Part shown: positions 34,694 through 34,919 of the stretch, one piece after another
How positions within the stretch are numbered: position 1 is the first letter of the stretch
How the letters are laid out: each line of letters opens with the position of its first letter
Virus record (IMG/VR): IMGVR_UViG_3300034106_003149
Span: 1 to 34,919 of that record
Source of the DNA: a virus
Lineage: Duplodnaviria; Caudoviricetes
Direction: 5' to 3' (one strand)
DNA length: 34,919 nucleotides
Program-made: the position numbers and the translations under genes
The notes under the pieces: model-generated
Seen by the model: only the letters and a program-made list of their open reading frames with translations
What the model was told of the DNA's origin: nothing
The model's database searches: none

Positions 34694-34919
34694 TTACATT
34701 TATTGTTCGGTGTTGCTTGCTATGTTTATCGTCGTGGCTCTCTATTTCCACGACAAGGCAAGTAAACACCACTTCTTTGAACTTCGCAACAATCTTTTTG
34801 ACGGAAAAAGCACCTTGAATTTCCGTCAAAACTTTTGAAAGGAAAAGTGACTTGTTTTTCTTCCACGCTTGTTCAACAATAAGACAGGTGAACGCATTCC
34901 ATTCCGGCTGCATCGGCGA

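Noticed and set aside
34638-34913. 91-aa minus-strand ORF at the window edge
   Set aside because: It runs through the leader hairpin, has no motif and lacks upstream context, so it cannot be supported

Overview
The window is tailed-phage DNA, almost entirely on the minus strand. Positions 1-~29.8 kb read as one siphovirus-like genome segment. In transcription order it holds virion/fibre genes, prohead protease/scaffold, cement protein, major capsid protein, a three-gene glycosyltransferase/methyltransferase block, head-tail and tail genes (chaperone with a GGGAAAC -1 frameshift, tape measure, Cys-rich tip proteins, LamG fibre), a lysis cassette, and a recombination/replication module (resolvase, Sak4-like ATPase, Cas4-like nuclease, DUF669 SSB, HNH, initiator, DnaB). 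Positions ~30.2-34.9 kb look more AT-rich and carry a second replication module (iteron-containing initiator, HNH, dCMP deaminase, second DnaB), so the window is either a mosaic or a chimeric join. No terminase, portal or integrase was recognised. The most notable signals are: (1) a ~260-280 nt intergenic element present twice (26888-27145 and 29880-30158), folding on the minus strand into two structured RNA domains with G-U/compensatory changes and a UUCG loop; (2) a recurring TTGAC(A/G)-N13-purine motif in front of six late genes, suggesting a non-sigma70 promoter giving leaderless mRNAs; (3) a candidate virion glycosylation system next to the capsid gene. All functional calls come from motif recognition and synteny by eye; no database searches were run.
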